Source of the DNA: Bugula neritina
Taxonomy: Eukaryota > Animalia > Bryozoa
Direction: 5' to 3'
Assembly: GCA_964035545.1 (NCBI GenBank)
Contig: OZ037771.1
Location: 62,001 to 126,000, forward strand
Length of the DNA stretch: 64,000 nt
In this document: in pieces, positions 27,001 to 42,000 of the stretch
Numbering within the stretch: the first letter of the stretch is position 1
How the letters are laid out: each line of letters opens with the position of its first letter
Notes under the pieces: model-generated
The model's input: the letters and a program-made list of their open reading frames with translations, nothing else
Database searches by the model: none
What the model was told of the DNA's origin: nothing
Position numbers and translations under genes: made by a program

Positions 27001-30000
27001 CTGTATACTATACTATATACTATACTGTATACAATACTATACTACATATACACTATACTATATACTATACTGTATACTATACTATACTACATATACACTA
27101 TACTATATACTATACTATATACTGTGCTGTATACTATACTATGCTATATTCTACTATAATATACTATAACATAATATCTGGTATCTACTGTTCGTCTTAC
27201 TGTATATCTCTCAGTGACTTCATCCGTATCAGAACTCTCTCTGTCAACAGAGGAACTGGCAAATATCACTCCATTGTTATTTATACTAAACTTGGCTGGC
27301 TGAGGCTGGCTTGTTATCGAGTATAAAACTTTACCATTTACTCCGCTGTCACTGTCATTAGCTGACACAGTTACCACCTGAAGTGTACAGTGACGTATAG
27401 AGAGTGTAATATAGAGAGTGTAATATAGAGAGTGTAATATAGAGAGTGTAATATAGAGAGTGTAGTATAGAGAGTGTAGTATAGAGAGTGTAATATAGAG
27501 AGTGTAGTATAGAGAGTGTAGTATAGAGAGTGTAATATAGAGAGTGTAATATAGAGAGTGTAATATAGAGAGTGTAATATAGAGAGTGTAGTATAGAGAG
27601 TGTAATATAGAGAGTGTAGTATAGAGAGTGTAGTATAGAGAGTGTAATATAGAGAGTGTAATATAGAGAGTGTAATATAGAGAGTGTAATATAGAGAGTG
27701 TAATATAGAGAGTGTAATATAGAGAGTGTAATATAGAGAGTGTAGTATAGAGAGTGTAATATAGAGAGTGTAATATAGAGAGTGTAATATAGAGAGTGTA
27801 ATATAGAGAGTGTAATATAGAGAGTGTAATATAGAGAGTGTAATATAGAGAGTGTAGTATAGAGAGTGTAATATAGAGAGTGTAATATAGAGAGTGTAGT
27901 ATAGAGAGTGTAGTATAGAGAGTGTAGTATAGAGAGTGTAGTATAGAGAGTGTAATATAGAGAGTGTAATATAGAGAGTGTAATATAGAGAGTGTAATAT
28001 AGAGAGTGTAATATAGAGAGTGTAATATAGAGAGTGTAATATAGAGAGTGTAATATAGAGAGTGTAATATAGAGAGTGTAGTATAGAGAGTGTAGTATAG
28101 AGAGTGTAGTATAGAGAGTGTAGTATAGAGAGTGTAATATAGAGAGTGTAATATAGAGAGTGTAATATAGAGAGTGTAATATAGAGAGTGTAATATAGAG
28201 AGTGTAATATAGAGAGTGTAATATAGAGAGTGTAATATAGAGAGTGTAGTATAGAGAGTGTAGTATAGAGAGTGTAATATAGAGAGTGTAATATAGAGAG
28301 TGTAGTATAGAGAGTGTAGTATAGAGAGTGTAGTATAGAGAGTGTAATATAGAGAGTGTAATATAGAGAGTGTAATATAGAGAGTGTAATATAGAGAGTG
28401 TAATATAGAGAGTGTAATATAGAGAGTGTAATATAGAGAGTGTAATATAGAGAGTGTAATATAGAGAGTGTAGTATAGAGAGTGTAGTATAGAGAGTGTA
28501 GTATAGAGAGTGTAGTATAGAGAGTGTAATATAGAGAGTGTAATATAGAGAGTGTAATATAGAGAGTGTAATATAGAGAGTGTAATATAGAGAGTGTAGT
28601 ATAGAGAGTGTAGTATAGAGAGTGTAATATAGAGAGTGTAATATAGAGAGTGTAATATAGAGAGTGTAATATAGAGAGTGTAATATAGAGAGTGTAATAT
28701 AGAGAGTGTAATATAGAGAGTGTAATATAGAGAGTGTAATATAGAGAGTGTAATATAGAGAGTGTAATATAGAGAGTGTAATATAGAGAGTGTAATATAG
28801 AGAGTGTAATATAGAGAGTGTAATATAGAGAGTGTAATATAGAGAGTGTAATATAGAGAGTGTAATATAGAGAGTGTAATATAGAGAGTGTAATATAGAG
28901 AGTGTAATATAGAGAGTGTAATATAGAGAGTGTAATATAGAGAGTGTAATATAGAGAGTGTAATATAGAGAGTGTAATATAGAGAGTGTAATATAGAGAG
29001 TGTAATATAGAGAGTGTAATATAGAGAGTGTAGTATAGAGAGTGTAATATAGAGAGTGTAATATAGAGAGTGTAATATAGAGAGTGTAATATAGAGAGTG
29101 TAATATAGAGAGTGTAGTATAGAGAGTGTAGTATAGAGAGTGTAATATAGAGAGTGTAATATAGAGAGTGTAATATAGAGAGTGTAATATAGAGAGTGTA
29201 ATATAGAGAGTGTAATATAGAAAGTGTAATATAGAGAGTGTAGTATAGAGAGTGTAATATAGAGAGTGTAATATAGAGAGTGTAATATAGAGAGTGTAAT
29301 ATAGAGAGTGTAGTATAGAGAGTGTAATATACAGGGCGCTATGCAAGGTGCTTCCAGTGTCAGTAGGTGTTTTAATGCAGATTACACTAATGCAATTTGA
29401 GTTTTTTGTCAGGTGTGGGGAGTGTTTATGTTTGGTTGGTAGACTAACAAACTGAGTCTGTATTGACAGGCATTGTCTAAATAAACGTATTGCTAGTTGA
29501 AACAGTGCCAATGGAAGAGGATGTCCAAACACACAGACAGAGAGACAGAGAGACAGAGAGACAGAGAGACAGAGAGAAAAAGAGACAGAGAGACAAGCCA
29601 ACTCACAGGTGTAGAAGTATTGGTGTTTTCAGGTATAGACACTGAGACTATGTCGTTAGTAAATCTCGGACTATTGTCATTGACATCTAGGACATTGATA
29701 CTGAGTCTAGTCTGTGCGGTGAGAGACTCTGGGGATCTGTTAGCTGCCACTATGCTCAGTATATACAGCTGCTTATTCTCATAGTCCAGCTTCCTTGCCA
29801 ACTTCACTTCTCCTGTTCCCTCCACAATCTCAAACACCTCTTCAGCATTACCTAGAGATAGATTATAATATCTAGTCTACTCTATCAACATAAACCACAT
29901 TGTGTATACAATATAACTGCATGCAATGTAATACTGAAGAGTTGAGATGGTATTAGCTAATCCAGCAGTGGGCGTAGACAGGGTAAGCTATTAATCATCA

Positions 30001-33000
30001 TTATCATTCAGCTTCAGTATAATATATTCTCTCTAGTTATATCATAAGTATATATTCTCTCTAGTTATATCATAAGTATATATTCTCTCTAGTTATATCA
30101 TAAGTATATATTCTCCCTCTAGTTATATCATACGTATATATTCTCTCTAGTTATATCATAAGTATATATTCTCTCTAGTTATATCATATGTATATATTCT
30201 CTCTCTAGTTATATCATATGTATATATTCTCTCTCTAGTTATATCATATGTATATTCTCTCTCTAGTTATATCATAAGTATATATTCTCTCTCTAGCTAT
30301 ATCATATGTATATATTCTCTCTCTAGTTATATCATATGTATATATTCTCTCTCTAGTTATATCATATGTATATTCTCTCTCTAGTTATATCATAAGTATA
30401 TATTCTCTCTAGTTATATCATACGTATATATTCTCTCTCTAGTTATATCATATGTATATTCTCTCTCTAGTTATATCATAAGTATATATTCTCTCTAGTT
30501 ATATCATAAGTATATATTCTCCCTCTAGTTATATCATATGTATATATTCTCTCTCTAGTTATATCATATGTATATATTCTCTCTCTAGTTATATCATAAG
30601 TGTATATTCTACCTTGGGTTATGGAGTAGTGAATGATAGCATTGACTCCTAAGTCACCATCAGTAGCTGTTATAGTGGCGACCACCGCCCCCACCTCGGC
30701 ATCCTCATTCACATTGACTGAGTAACTGGGTCTATCAAATTCAGGGCTCTGGTTGTTAGCATCAAGGAGTGTGATGTGCACAGTGGTGACAGAGGAGAGG
30801 GGGGGTTGGCCACCGTCCCTAGCCTCTACCATCAACTTGTAGTCACTCTGTCTCTCTCTGTCCAACACTCCCTCCACTGACAGAGAGCCGGTATCTTCGT
30901 CTATCCTGAAGTGACCTTTCTCATTACCACCAATAATATAGTATTCCACAGCACCATTGAGCTCTAAGTCCTCATCCTCAGCACTCACAGGGTTAATCTA
31001 CAGTAGAGATCAAGCATCAGTTTACTTGCATATCACAACGCAATGTAGAATACACTGTACAACACAATGTAGAATACACTGTATAACACAATGTAGAATA
31101 CACTGTATAACACAATGTAGAGTACACTGTATAACACAATGTAGAGTACACTGTATAACACAATGTAGAGTATACTGTACAACACAATGTAGAGTATACT
31201 GTATAACACAATGTAGAATACACTGTATAACACAATGTAGAATATACTGTATAACACAATGTAGAATACACTGTATAACACAATGTAGAGTATACTGTAC
31301 AACACAATGTAGAATACACTGCATAACACAATGTAGAGTACACTGTACAACACAATGTAGAGTACACTGTATAACACAATGTAGAATACACTGTATAACA
31401 CAATGTAGAGTGGCTCTCCTTACCATCTGCCCTGGATAAGCAGCCTCTGATATCTGTATGTCATAATCTGTTTTTGTAAACTTCGGTTTGTTATCATTTA
31501 CATCTTCAACAATGACAGACACCTTGGCTTGTGTGGATCGCTTGGTTATACCATTGTCAACTGCCTATAAACATATAAGCATTGTCAACTGCCTATAAAC
31601 ATATAAGCATTGTCAACTGCCTATAAACATATAAGCATTGTCAACTGCCTATAAACATATAAGCATTGTCAACTGCCTATAAACATATAAGCATTGTCAA
31701 CTGCCTATAAACATATAAGCATTGAACTCGACGGGCAATAAGCTACTATAGCTAAGGTCAGTTCACGCTGTAGCTGTCCCAAGTGCTACTAACCAAGACA
31801 TTGAAAATATATTAATCCCAAAGCTTGATCACTTAGAAAAAGGATATGAAGTTTGACTTTAAGCTGTGGTGTGAATGGTGCATTGTGTAGAAGAATAGTA
31901 ACTAATAATACCACAATAATATAATTACATTATATAACATATAATAACATAATATAATATAATAATATAATATAATCAAGCAGCTACATACCCGAACTGT
32001 GAGGTCATACTTAGAGACTGCTTCTCTATCAAACTCTTTCTTTGACCTAATTTCTCCAGTAAATGGGTCAAGGTCAAAGCTATGCTGATTAGTTGTAAAA
32101 AAGTACATGAGATCAGAATTTCTACCAACATCATCATCACGGGCACTGACAGACCCTACAAACAATCAAAAGAACTGTCCACACTAACACTCCTTATTTC
32201 ACACACTGTATACACCACTGTCCACACTAACACCCCTTAGTTCACACACTGTATACACCACTGTCCACACTAACACCCCTTAGTTCACACACTGTATACA
32301 CTACTATCCACACTAACACCCCTTAGTTCACACACTGTATACACTACTGTCCACACTAACATCCCTTAGTTCACACACTGTATACACTACTATCCACACT
32401 AACACCCCTTAGTTCACACACTGTATACACTACTGTCCACACTAACATCCCTTAGTTCACACACTGTATACACTACTGTCCACACTAACACCCCTTAGTT
32501 CACACACTGTATACACCACTGCTGACAATACTCACCAATGTAGACACCAGCCGCACGACCTTCCAACACTCTGAACTCGTAAGAGGCGGAGCTAAACTCT
32601 GGGTAGTTGTCATTGTTGTCGAGTATCTTCACATGAACCAGGGCAATGTCGGTACGGGGTGTGGGTCGCCCCCCATCTGTAGCTTGCACTAGCAGCCGGT
32701 ACCGCCCTTTAGATTCCCGGTCAAGTTTTTGAGCTACATAGAGAGAGCCGTCAGGGAACACTCCAAACTCCGGTCTACTTGAACTAACCCCACTTATGAG
32801 AGAGTAAGTGACGTGTGCATTCTCCCCTACAACATATACACCCCCTTTATATCACACACTGTACTCTCTCTATACCACACACTGTACCCCCTCTATACTA
32901 TACACCCTCTCTAAATCATACACCCTCTCTATACCATACACCCCCTCTATACTATACCCCCTCTATATCATACACCTCTCTATACCATACACCCTCTATA

Positions 33001-36000
33001 CCATACATCCCCTCTATACTATACCCCCTCTATATCATACACCCCCTCTATACTACACACCCCCTCTATACTATACACCCCCTCTATATCATACACCTCT
33101 CTATACCATACACCCTCTCTATACCATACACCACCTCTATACCATACACCCCCTCTATACCATACACCCCCTCTATACTATACACCCCCTCTATACCATA
33201 CACCCCCTCTATTTCATACACCAGGAGCGTAAGTACTACCTTCATCGTCATCCGTAGCAGTAAGCCGAAGGAACTGGTGGTTAATAAGAGAGCTCTCATT
33301 CACTGCTACGCTATATTCTCTGTGTTCAAATACTGGAGAATGATCATTGACATCTTCGGCTATTAGCACTACTTCAGCAGAGTTGAATCTATCAAAGAGA
33401 TCAACGTGAATACTGTAATATATAAATATATAAAGTATTTATACACATACTATACAATATATACACATACTATACAATATATACACATACTATACAATAT
33501 ATACACATACTATACAATATATACACATACTATACAATATATACACATACTATACAATATATACACATACTATACAATATATACACATACTATACAATAT
33601 ATACACATACTATACAATATATACACATACTATACAATATATACACATACTATACAATATATACACATACTATACAATATATACACATACTATACAATCA
33701 ACTACTATATCATTACATAAAACCCTCACCTAGGAACAGCTCCCCTGTCTGTAGCAGTCACCGTAAACTTCACGGTATTTCCAACCTGCAGCTTATCTCT
33801 CAGACTTACAGCCCCATTTACTTGGTCTATAACCAGGCTGTCCACAGCATTAGCAGATATACTGTAGGTTACTTTGGCATTTTTACCTGCATCTCTGTCT
33901 TTAGCCTGTTGAGATACAAACCAACTTTATGTAGATATTACTAAAGTGTAGATATTACTCAAGTGTAGATATTACTAATATATATATAAATATGCACAAC
34001 AGGTAGTCAACAAACCTGAGCAACAAACACAACGCTGTGAGGTGGGGTGTCTTCAGGAACCCGTATTGTGTATTTTGATTGAGTGAATTCTGGGCTATTG
34101 TCATTCTCATCTTCTATGATGATGTTGACAGAAGCAAAGGCTAGTTTGCTAATTCCTCGGGCTACAACAGTAAGGCGGTACGCTGCTACGTCATCTCTAT
34201 CCAGACTTTTTGTGGTGGTTATCTCTCCCGACCTCGTACCAATGGTAAATACACCATCTGGATCTCCATCAAGTATGGCATAAGTGATGACTGTTTCAGC
34301 CCTAGCTGATATCTACAGTGTACATACAGTATAGTAAGTATAGTATAGTAAGTACAATATATAGTAAGTACAGCAGAGCTAGTATAGTATAGTAAGTGCA
34401 GTATAGTAAGTAGAGTATAGTAAGTACAGTACAGTAAGTACAGTAGAGCTAGTATAGTATAGTAAGTACAGTATATAGTAAGTACAGTAGAGCTAGTATA
34501 GTACAGTAAGTACAATATATAGTAAGTACAGCAGAGCTAGTATAGTATAGTAAGTACAGTATATAGTAAGTACAACAGAGCTAGTATAGTATAGTAAGTA
34601 CAGTATATAGTAAGTACAACAGAGCTAGTATAGTATAGTAAGTACAGTATATAGTAAGTACAACAGAGCTAGTATAGTATAGTAAGTACAATATATAGTA
34701 AGTACAGTAAAGCTAGTATAGTACAGTAAGTACAGTATATAGTAAGTACAGTATACAGTAAGTACAACAGAGATGTGAGACAGCCCAGACAGAGGAAGGA
34801 CTCTGAAGGAAACTGTGGTTGAAGGACCTGGAAATGATAACAGAGTAGACACTTTCCCAGTTATCACTCTGAGGTCAGATATATTTATACTTTGTGGCAT
34901 TTCATCTATTTTAGACCTGCAGTCCGAAAAGTTATAGCCAGTGATTCAAACAAACCGTTTGCAGCGAACCAGTGGGGCCTATACCCCATACCCCAGTGTC
35001 TAGCAGGGAAAATAGCAGGGAGAACTGAGACTAATACTGAGGGAGTACAAAGTTTACAAGCCAAGAAACCAAAATATAAACTCGCTCTCCCTGGCATACG
35101 CAGGAATGGGGGAAAGGCAAGTTGGAAACTTCTAGTCTGAACCAGAGCTATTTCTATCAATATTTGAGATTTTCTAGTATTTGATTATAAGAAGAATAAT
35201 GCAGACATACAGAGTTAGATTTGGGAGTAATAAATATTGAACAACATAGGGGAGGAGGGTAGAGGGCAGTATAGCTAGTATATAATTATATGAACAACAT
35301 AGGGGAGGAGAGTAGAGGGCAGTATAGCTAGTATATAATTATATGAACAACATAGGGGAGGAGAGTAGAGGGCAGTATATCTAGTATATAATTATATGAA
35401 CAACATAGGGGAGGAAAGTAGAGGGCAGTATAGCTAGTATATAATTATATGAACAGTAGAAAAGCATTCTATACCCTGCACTGCAGAGTAGAGTGTGTTT
35501 TTCACCCCCAGGCATCTCATTTTGAAAAAATTAATTCCAATTTCATGGTTGGACAGTGGCATACATAGAGAGTGACTTGAATAAACACACATATTCATTG
35601 TATGAAGATTGTGAGAAGATTGTACACACACAGGTGTATAACATAATGCTGACTCAAGTAACAATCTAAACAATCACCTGTGTTGGCTTCAAGTGGGGTA
35701 ACTTAGATATTTAATGAAATGAAAATATACATTATAAAACTATTCAATAGAGGTTAGCAAGTGAGATCCTGGGGTAAAGTGTACAGTATAGTGTAATATA
35801 AAGGTACAGTAGTATAGTGTAATATAAAGGTATAGTAGTATAGTGTAATATAAAGGTACAGTAGTATAGTGTAATATAAAGGTATAGTATAGTGTAATAT
35901 AAAGGTACAGTAGTATAGTGTAATATAAAAGTATAGTATAGTGTAATATAAAGGTATAGTAGTATAGTGTAATATAAAGGTACAGTAGTATAGTGTAATA

Positions 36001-39000
36001 TAAAGGTATAGTAGTATAGTGTAATATAAAGGTATAGTAGTATAGTGTAATATAAAGGTATAGTAGTATAGTGTAATATAAAGGTATAGTAGTATAGTGT
36101 AATATAAAGGTATAGTAGTATAGTGTAATATAAAGGTATAGTATAGTGTAATATAAAGGTACAGTAGTATAGTGTAATATAAAGGTATAGTATAGTGTAA
36201 TATAAAGGTATAGTAGTATAGTGTAATATAAAGGTACAGTAGTATAGTGTAGTATAAAGGTATAGTAGTATAGTGTAATATAAAGGTACAGTAGTATAGT
36301 GTAATATAAAGGTACAGTAGTATAGTGTAAGATAAAGGTATAGTAGTATAGTGTAATATAAAGGTATAGTAGTATAGTGTAATATAAAGGTATAGTAGTA
36401 TAGTGTAATATAAAGGTACAGTAGTATAGTGTAATATAAAGGTACAGTAGTATAGTGTAATATAAAGGTATAGTATAGTGTAATATAAAGGTATAGTAGT
36501 ATAGTGTAATATAAAGGTACAGTAGTATAGTGTAGTATAAAGGTATAGTAGTATAGTGTAATATAAAGGTACAGTAGTATAGTGTAATATAAAGGTATAG
36601 TAGTATAGTGTAGTATAAAGGTACAGTAGTATAGTGTAATATAAAGGTATAGTAGTATAGTGTAATATAAAGGTACAGTAGTATAGTGTAATATAAAGGT
36701 ATAGTAGTATAGTGTAGTATAAAGGTACAGTAGTATAGTGTAATATAAAGGTACAGTAGTATAGTGTAATATAAAGGTATAGTAGTATAGTGTAGTATAA
36801 AGGTACAGTAGTATAGTGTAATATAAAGGTACAGTAGTATAGTGTAATATAAAGGTATAGTATAGTGTAATATAAAGGTATAGTATAGTGTAATATAAAG
36901 GTATAGTAGTATAGTGTAATATAAAGGTACAGTAGTATAGTGTAATATAAAGGTATAGTAGTATAGTGTAGTATAAAGGTATAGTAGTATAGTGTAATAT
37001 AAAGGTATAGTAGTATAGTGTAGTATAAAGGTACAGTAGTATAGTGTAATATAAAGGTATAGTAGTATAGTGTAATATAAAGGTACAGTAGTATAGTGTA
37101 ATATAAAGGTACAGTAGTATAGTGTAGTATAAAGGTACAGTAGTATAGTGTAATATAAAGGTACAGTAGTATAGTGTAATATAAAGGTACAGTAGTATAG
37201 TGTAATATAAAGGTACAGTAGTATAGAGTAATATAAAGGTACAGTAGTATAGTGTAATATAAAGGTACAGTAGTATAGTGTAATATAAAGGTATAGTAGT
37301 ATAGTGTAGTATAAAGGTACAGTAGTATAGAGTAATATAAAGGTACAGTAGTATAGTGTAATATAAAGGTATAGTAGTATAGTGTAATATAAAGGTATAG
37401 TAGTATAGTGTAATATAAAGGTACAGTAGTATAGAGTGACGTATAGTAGTATAGAGTGACGTATAGTAGTATAGAGTGACGTACAGTGCCCACGAGTTGA
37501 CCAATATTAGGGGTGGTGCCACTAGCGTCCTCTAACACAGAGTATGCATAAGTTGAGTTGGTGAACACTGGGTCTCTCTCTTCAGGGTCACCAATCTTCA
37601 CTTCTACTGTGCAAGTGGCCTTGTTAGTAGTTCCAGGGGTGTCTGCCGCATTAATCTACACAGAGGTATATACCAATTACCTCTAGCACATAAGAACTTG
37701 GTGATATTACCTCTAGCACATAAGAGCTCAGTAATATTACCTCTATAACATAAGAACTTGGTGATATTACCTCTAGGACATGAGAGCTTGGTAATATTAC
37801 CTCTAGCACATAAGAACTCGGTGATATTACCTCTAGCACATAAGAACTCGGTGATATTACCTCTAGCACATAAGAACTCGGTGATATTACCTCTAGCACA
37901 TAAGAACTCGGTGAAGCAGGTAGAGTAGCGAGGAGTGAAAGCTCGCCAGTTGCAGCATCAACAGAGAAGAGGTGATTGACCTGGCTGTGTGAAGCTAAGC
38001 TGTAGATTACTCTGCCATTGTCACCAACATCATTGTCATGTGCTGACACAAACAGAACAGAGTGCCCAACACTCGCTGACTTAGGTACGACAGCGTAGTA
38101 ACGAGAGGGGTAGAATATGGGTCTGTTGTCATTCTCATCGGTCACATTGATATATAGGGTGGCCTGCAACAACACTAGTGTGTGTATATATATATAATAT
38201 ATGAGAGTAGTTAGTTATATAATATATGAGAGTAGTTAGTTATATAATATATGAGAGTAGTTAGTTATATAATATATGAGAGTAGTTAGTTATATAATAT
38301 ATGAGAGTAGTTAGTTATATAATATATGAGAGTAGTTAGTTATATAATATATGAGAGTAGTTAGTTATATAATATATGAGAGTAGTTAGTTATGTAATAT
38401 ATGAGAGTAGTTAGTTATGTAATATATGAGAGTAGTTAGTTATATAATATATGAGAGTAGTTAGTTATATAATATATGAGAGTAGTTAGTTATATAATAT
38501 ATGAGAGTAGTTAGTTATATAATATATGAGAGTAGTTAGTTATATAATATATGAGAGTAGTTAGTTATATAATATATGAGAGTAGTTAGTTATATAATAT
38601 ATGAGAGTAGTTAGTTATGTAATATATGAGAGTAGTTAGTTATATAATATATGAGAGTAGTTAGTTATATAATATATGAGAGTAGTTAGTTATATAATAT
38701 ATGAGAGTAGTTAGTTATATAATATATGAGAGTAGTTAGTTATGTAATATATGAGAGTAGTTAGTTATGTAATATATGAGAGTAGTTAGTTATATAATAT
38801 ATGAGAGTAGTTAGTTATATAATATATGAGAGTAGTTAGTTATATAATATATGAGAGTAGTTAGTTATATAATATATGAGAGTAGTTAGTTATATAATAT
38901 ATGAGAGTAGTTAGTTATATAATATATGAGAGTAGTTAGTTATATAATATATGAGAGTAGTTAGTTATATAATATATGAGAGTAGTTAGTTATATAATAT

Positions 39001-42000
39001 ATGAGAGTAGTTAGTTATATAATATATGAGAGTAGTTAGTTATATAATATATGAGAGTAGTTAGTTGTATAATATATGAGAGTAGTTAGTTATATAATAT
39101 ATGAGAGTAGTTAGTTATATAATATATGAGAGTAGTTAGTTATATAATATATGAGAGTAGTTAGTTATATAATATATGAGAGTAGTTAGTTATATAATAT
39201 ATGAGAGTAGTTAGTTATATAATATATGAGAGTAGTTAGTTATATAATATATGAGAGTAGTTAGTTATATAATATATGAGAGTAGTTAGTTATATAATAT
39301 ATGAGAGTAGTTAGTTATATAATATATGAGAGTAGTTAGTTATATAATATATGAGAGTAGTTAGTTATATAATATATGAGAGTAGTTAGTTATATAATAT
39401 ATGAGAGTAGTTAGTTATATAATATATGAGAGTAGTTAGTTATATAATATATGAGAGTAGTTAGTTATATAATATAGAAGTACAAGAGGTGCACATGCCA
39501 CAGAGTGTCAATCTAGTGACAAGCTAATGACATGTTCACATGGCTGTAGGAGATGTCAGGTGAAATAACCAACATTCTCTATTTACAAATGGTAAGAATT
39601 TATCAGGTGACACCATTTAATGAAGACCATCCAGCTGATAGTATAATTCATATAAATAAAGTGTAACTTGTGTATACGGGCCATTAGATGTTATCAGTAT
39701 ACTAATAGCTGTCTATAGTATACACAGTATATAGTATACACAGTATATAGTATACACGGTATAGTATATAGCACACAGTATAGTATATAATACACAGTAT
39801 AGTATACACAGTATAGTATATACTATACTGTGTATAGTATATACTATACTGTGTATAGTATATACTATACTGTGTATAGTATATACTATACACAGTATAT
39901 AGTATACACAGTATATAGTATACACAGTATATAGTATACACAGTATAGTATATAGCACACAGTATATAGCACACAGTATATACTATACACAGTATATAAA
40001 ACACAGTATAATAGGGAAAGAAAACTAATAGAAAGAGCTGCAAGGACACAAACCTGAGAGCTGAGAGAGATTACAGTTCCCTGATCATAAGCCACAACCT
40101 GCACAGCATAAGAGTCTCTCTCTTCCCTGTCCAGACTCTTGGAGATGCTGAGAACTCCAGTGTCTGGGTGAATGTGGAACAGTCCAGGGTATGTGTTGGT
40201 AGTGACTTCACTGATTCTATACTTCACACTACCATTTGCTCCTTTATCACTGGTAACATTCATAATATATTACATGTTATACACAACACAGTATATATTA
40301 CATGTTATACACAATACAGTATATATTACATGTTATACACAATACAGTATATATTACATGTTATACACAATACAGTATATATTACATGTTATACACAATA
40401 CAGTATATATTACATGTTATACACAATACAGTATATATTACATGTTATACATAATACAGTATATATTACATGTTATACATTTAAATTCCTCAAATTACAA
40501 ATGGCGTGTGCAGAATTCAAGTGGCTTGCCACACCCCAAATTTTATAGGTACTTTAAAAAATGCCACCCTTTTGATAATTTATGCTAATTTTCCATCACT
40601 AAAGCTGGTATTAGCAGGAAACATAAGATTATACCGATCAATAGCATCCATTGTTATCAAGGTCATGTTAATGTCATTGTTTTCAGTCACGTCTCTGTAA
40701 TACTCCAGCTGTGTGAATGTCGGCACTTCATCATTCTCATCTATGATGTTTACTGTTAGAGTGGTTTCAGTCCGCAACACTTTACTTCCTGTGAAACAAA
40801 TTAACAATATACTTAACTACACCCCAACTGCTGCTACACTCCTGCTACAACTACACCCCTTCCATTACACCTGCTATTACACTCCTGTTGCTACACCCCT
40901 ATTGCTGCTACTACACCCCTGTTGCTACACCCTTGCTACTACACTCCTGCTGCTACACCCTTGCTACTACACCCCTACTTACCATGATCAGAGGCGGATA
41001 CATTGAGGATAATCTGGGGTACATCTAGCTGGTCGCTATCCACTCTTCTATTAACAGTCACCAGCCCCGAATCACTGTTAATCTTAAAGAATTGGTAATT
41101 GTTTCCTTGAGATATCTGGTAGGTGATTCTGCCATTTTCATCTGAAACAGTTGACATGTATTTAAACACTCCATATATGTTTTACTTACCTACCCCTTAT
41201 ATGTTATACCTACCCATTCACCTACTCTTAATGTTTGTTGTGGAAATTATTGAATACAAATAGGAGATTGTAATTCTATTTAAAAGACCAGTAGATACAG
41301 ATGTACAGGATTCCAGTGTACAAGTAATGTATGTGTCATGATAAGGACTACAAGTGTAGGATTATGGAATATACATCAGGAGGTTATGCATACATTGGCT
41401 TTAACCTCCACACTTGGCATATAAACTAACTAAACAGACCACCAAATGTTTTGATAAATTGCTACGTCTGCTGAGAGTCAATGAGAAATTAATGATGATA
41501 ATTACAGAAAGATTGTAGAGTCAGAGGTCTAACCACTATTTAGTGGGTACCACCAAACACATGATTAGAGAGAATTAAGTTTAATTCATCAGTTGAGAAA
41601 TTCTTCAAGAGTAATGGATTATAATCACGCTAGTAGTAATGATGAATTACAATGTAACTTAATGCAGACGTACATTAGGGATATAATTTAATATGATTAG
41701 GTGCCATGTATTGTATACAAATGTCGCCTGTAGAAATGGGGAAAGCATAATATGTGTTTGTTAGCACCCAGTTCAACTACTACCTTAGATGGAATATGCT
41801 GTACAAAGCAAATGAAATAACATTGGGGCTGAGAGCCATTGACTGCATACTAAATCATAGATGACAGAGCCATCAGCAATAAATCATGTCATTAGGAAGT
41901 AGGAGTAGTAATAGTAGAACTGAGAAGAGAGTAGTAATAGTAGAACTGAGTAGTAATAGTAGAACTGAGTAAGGAGTAGTAATAGTAGAACTGAGTAGGG

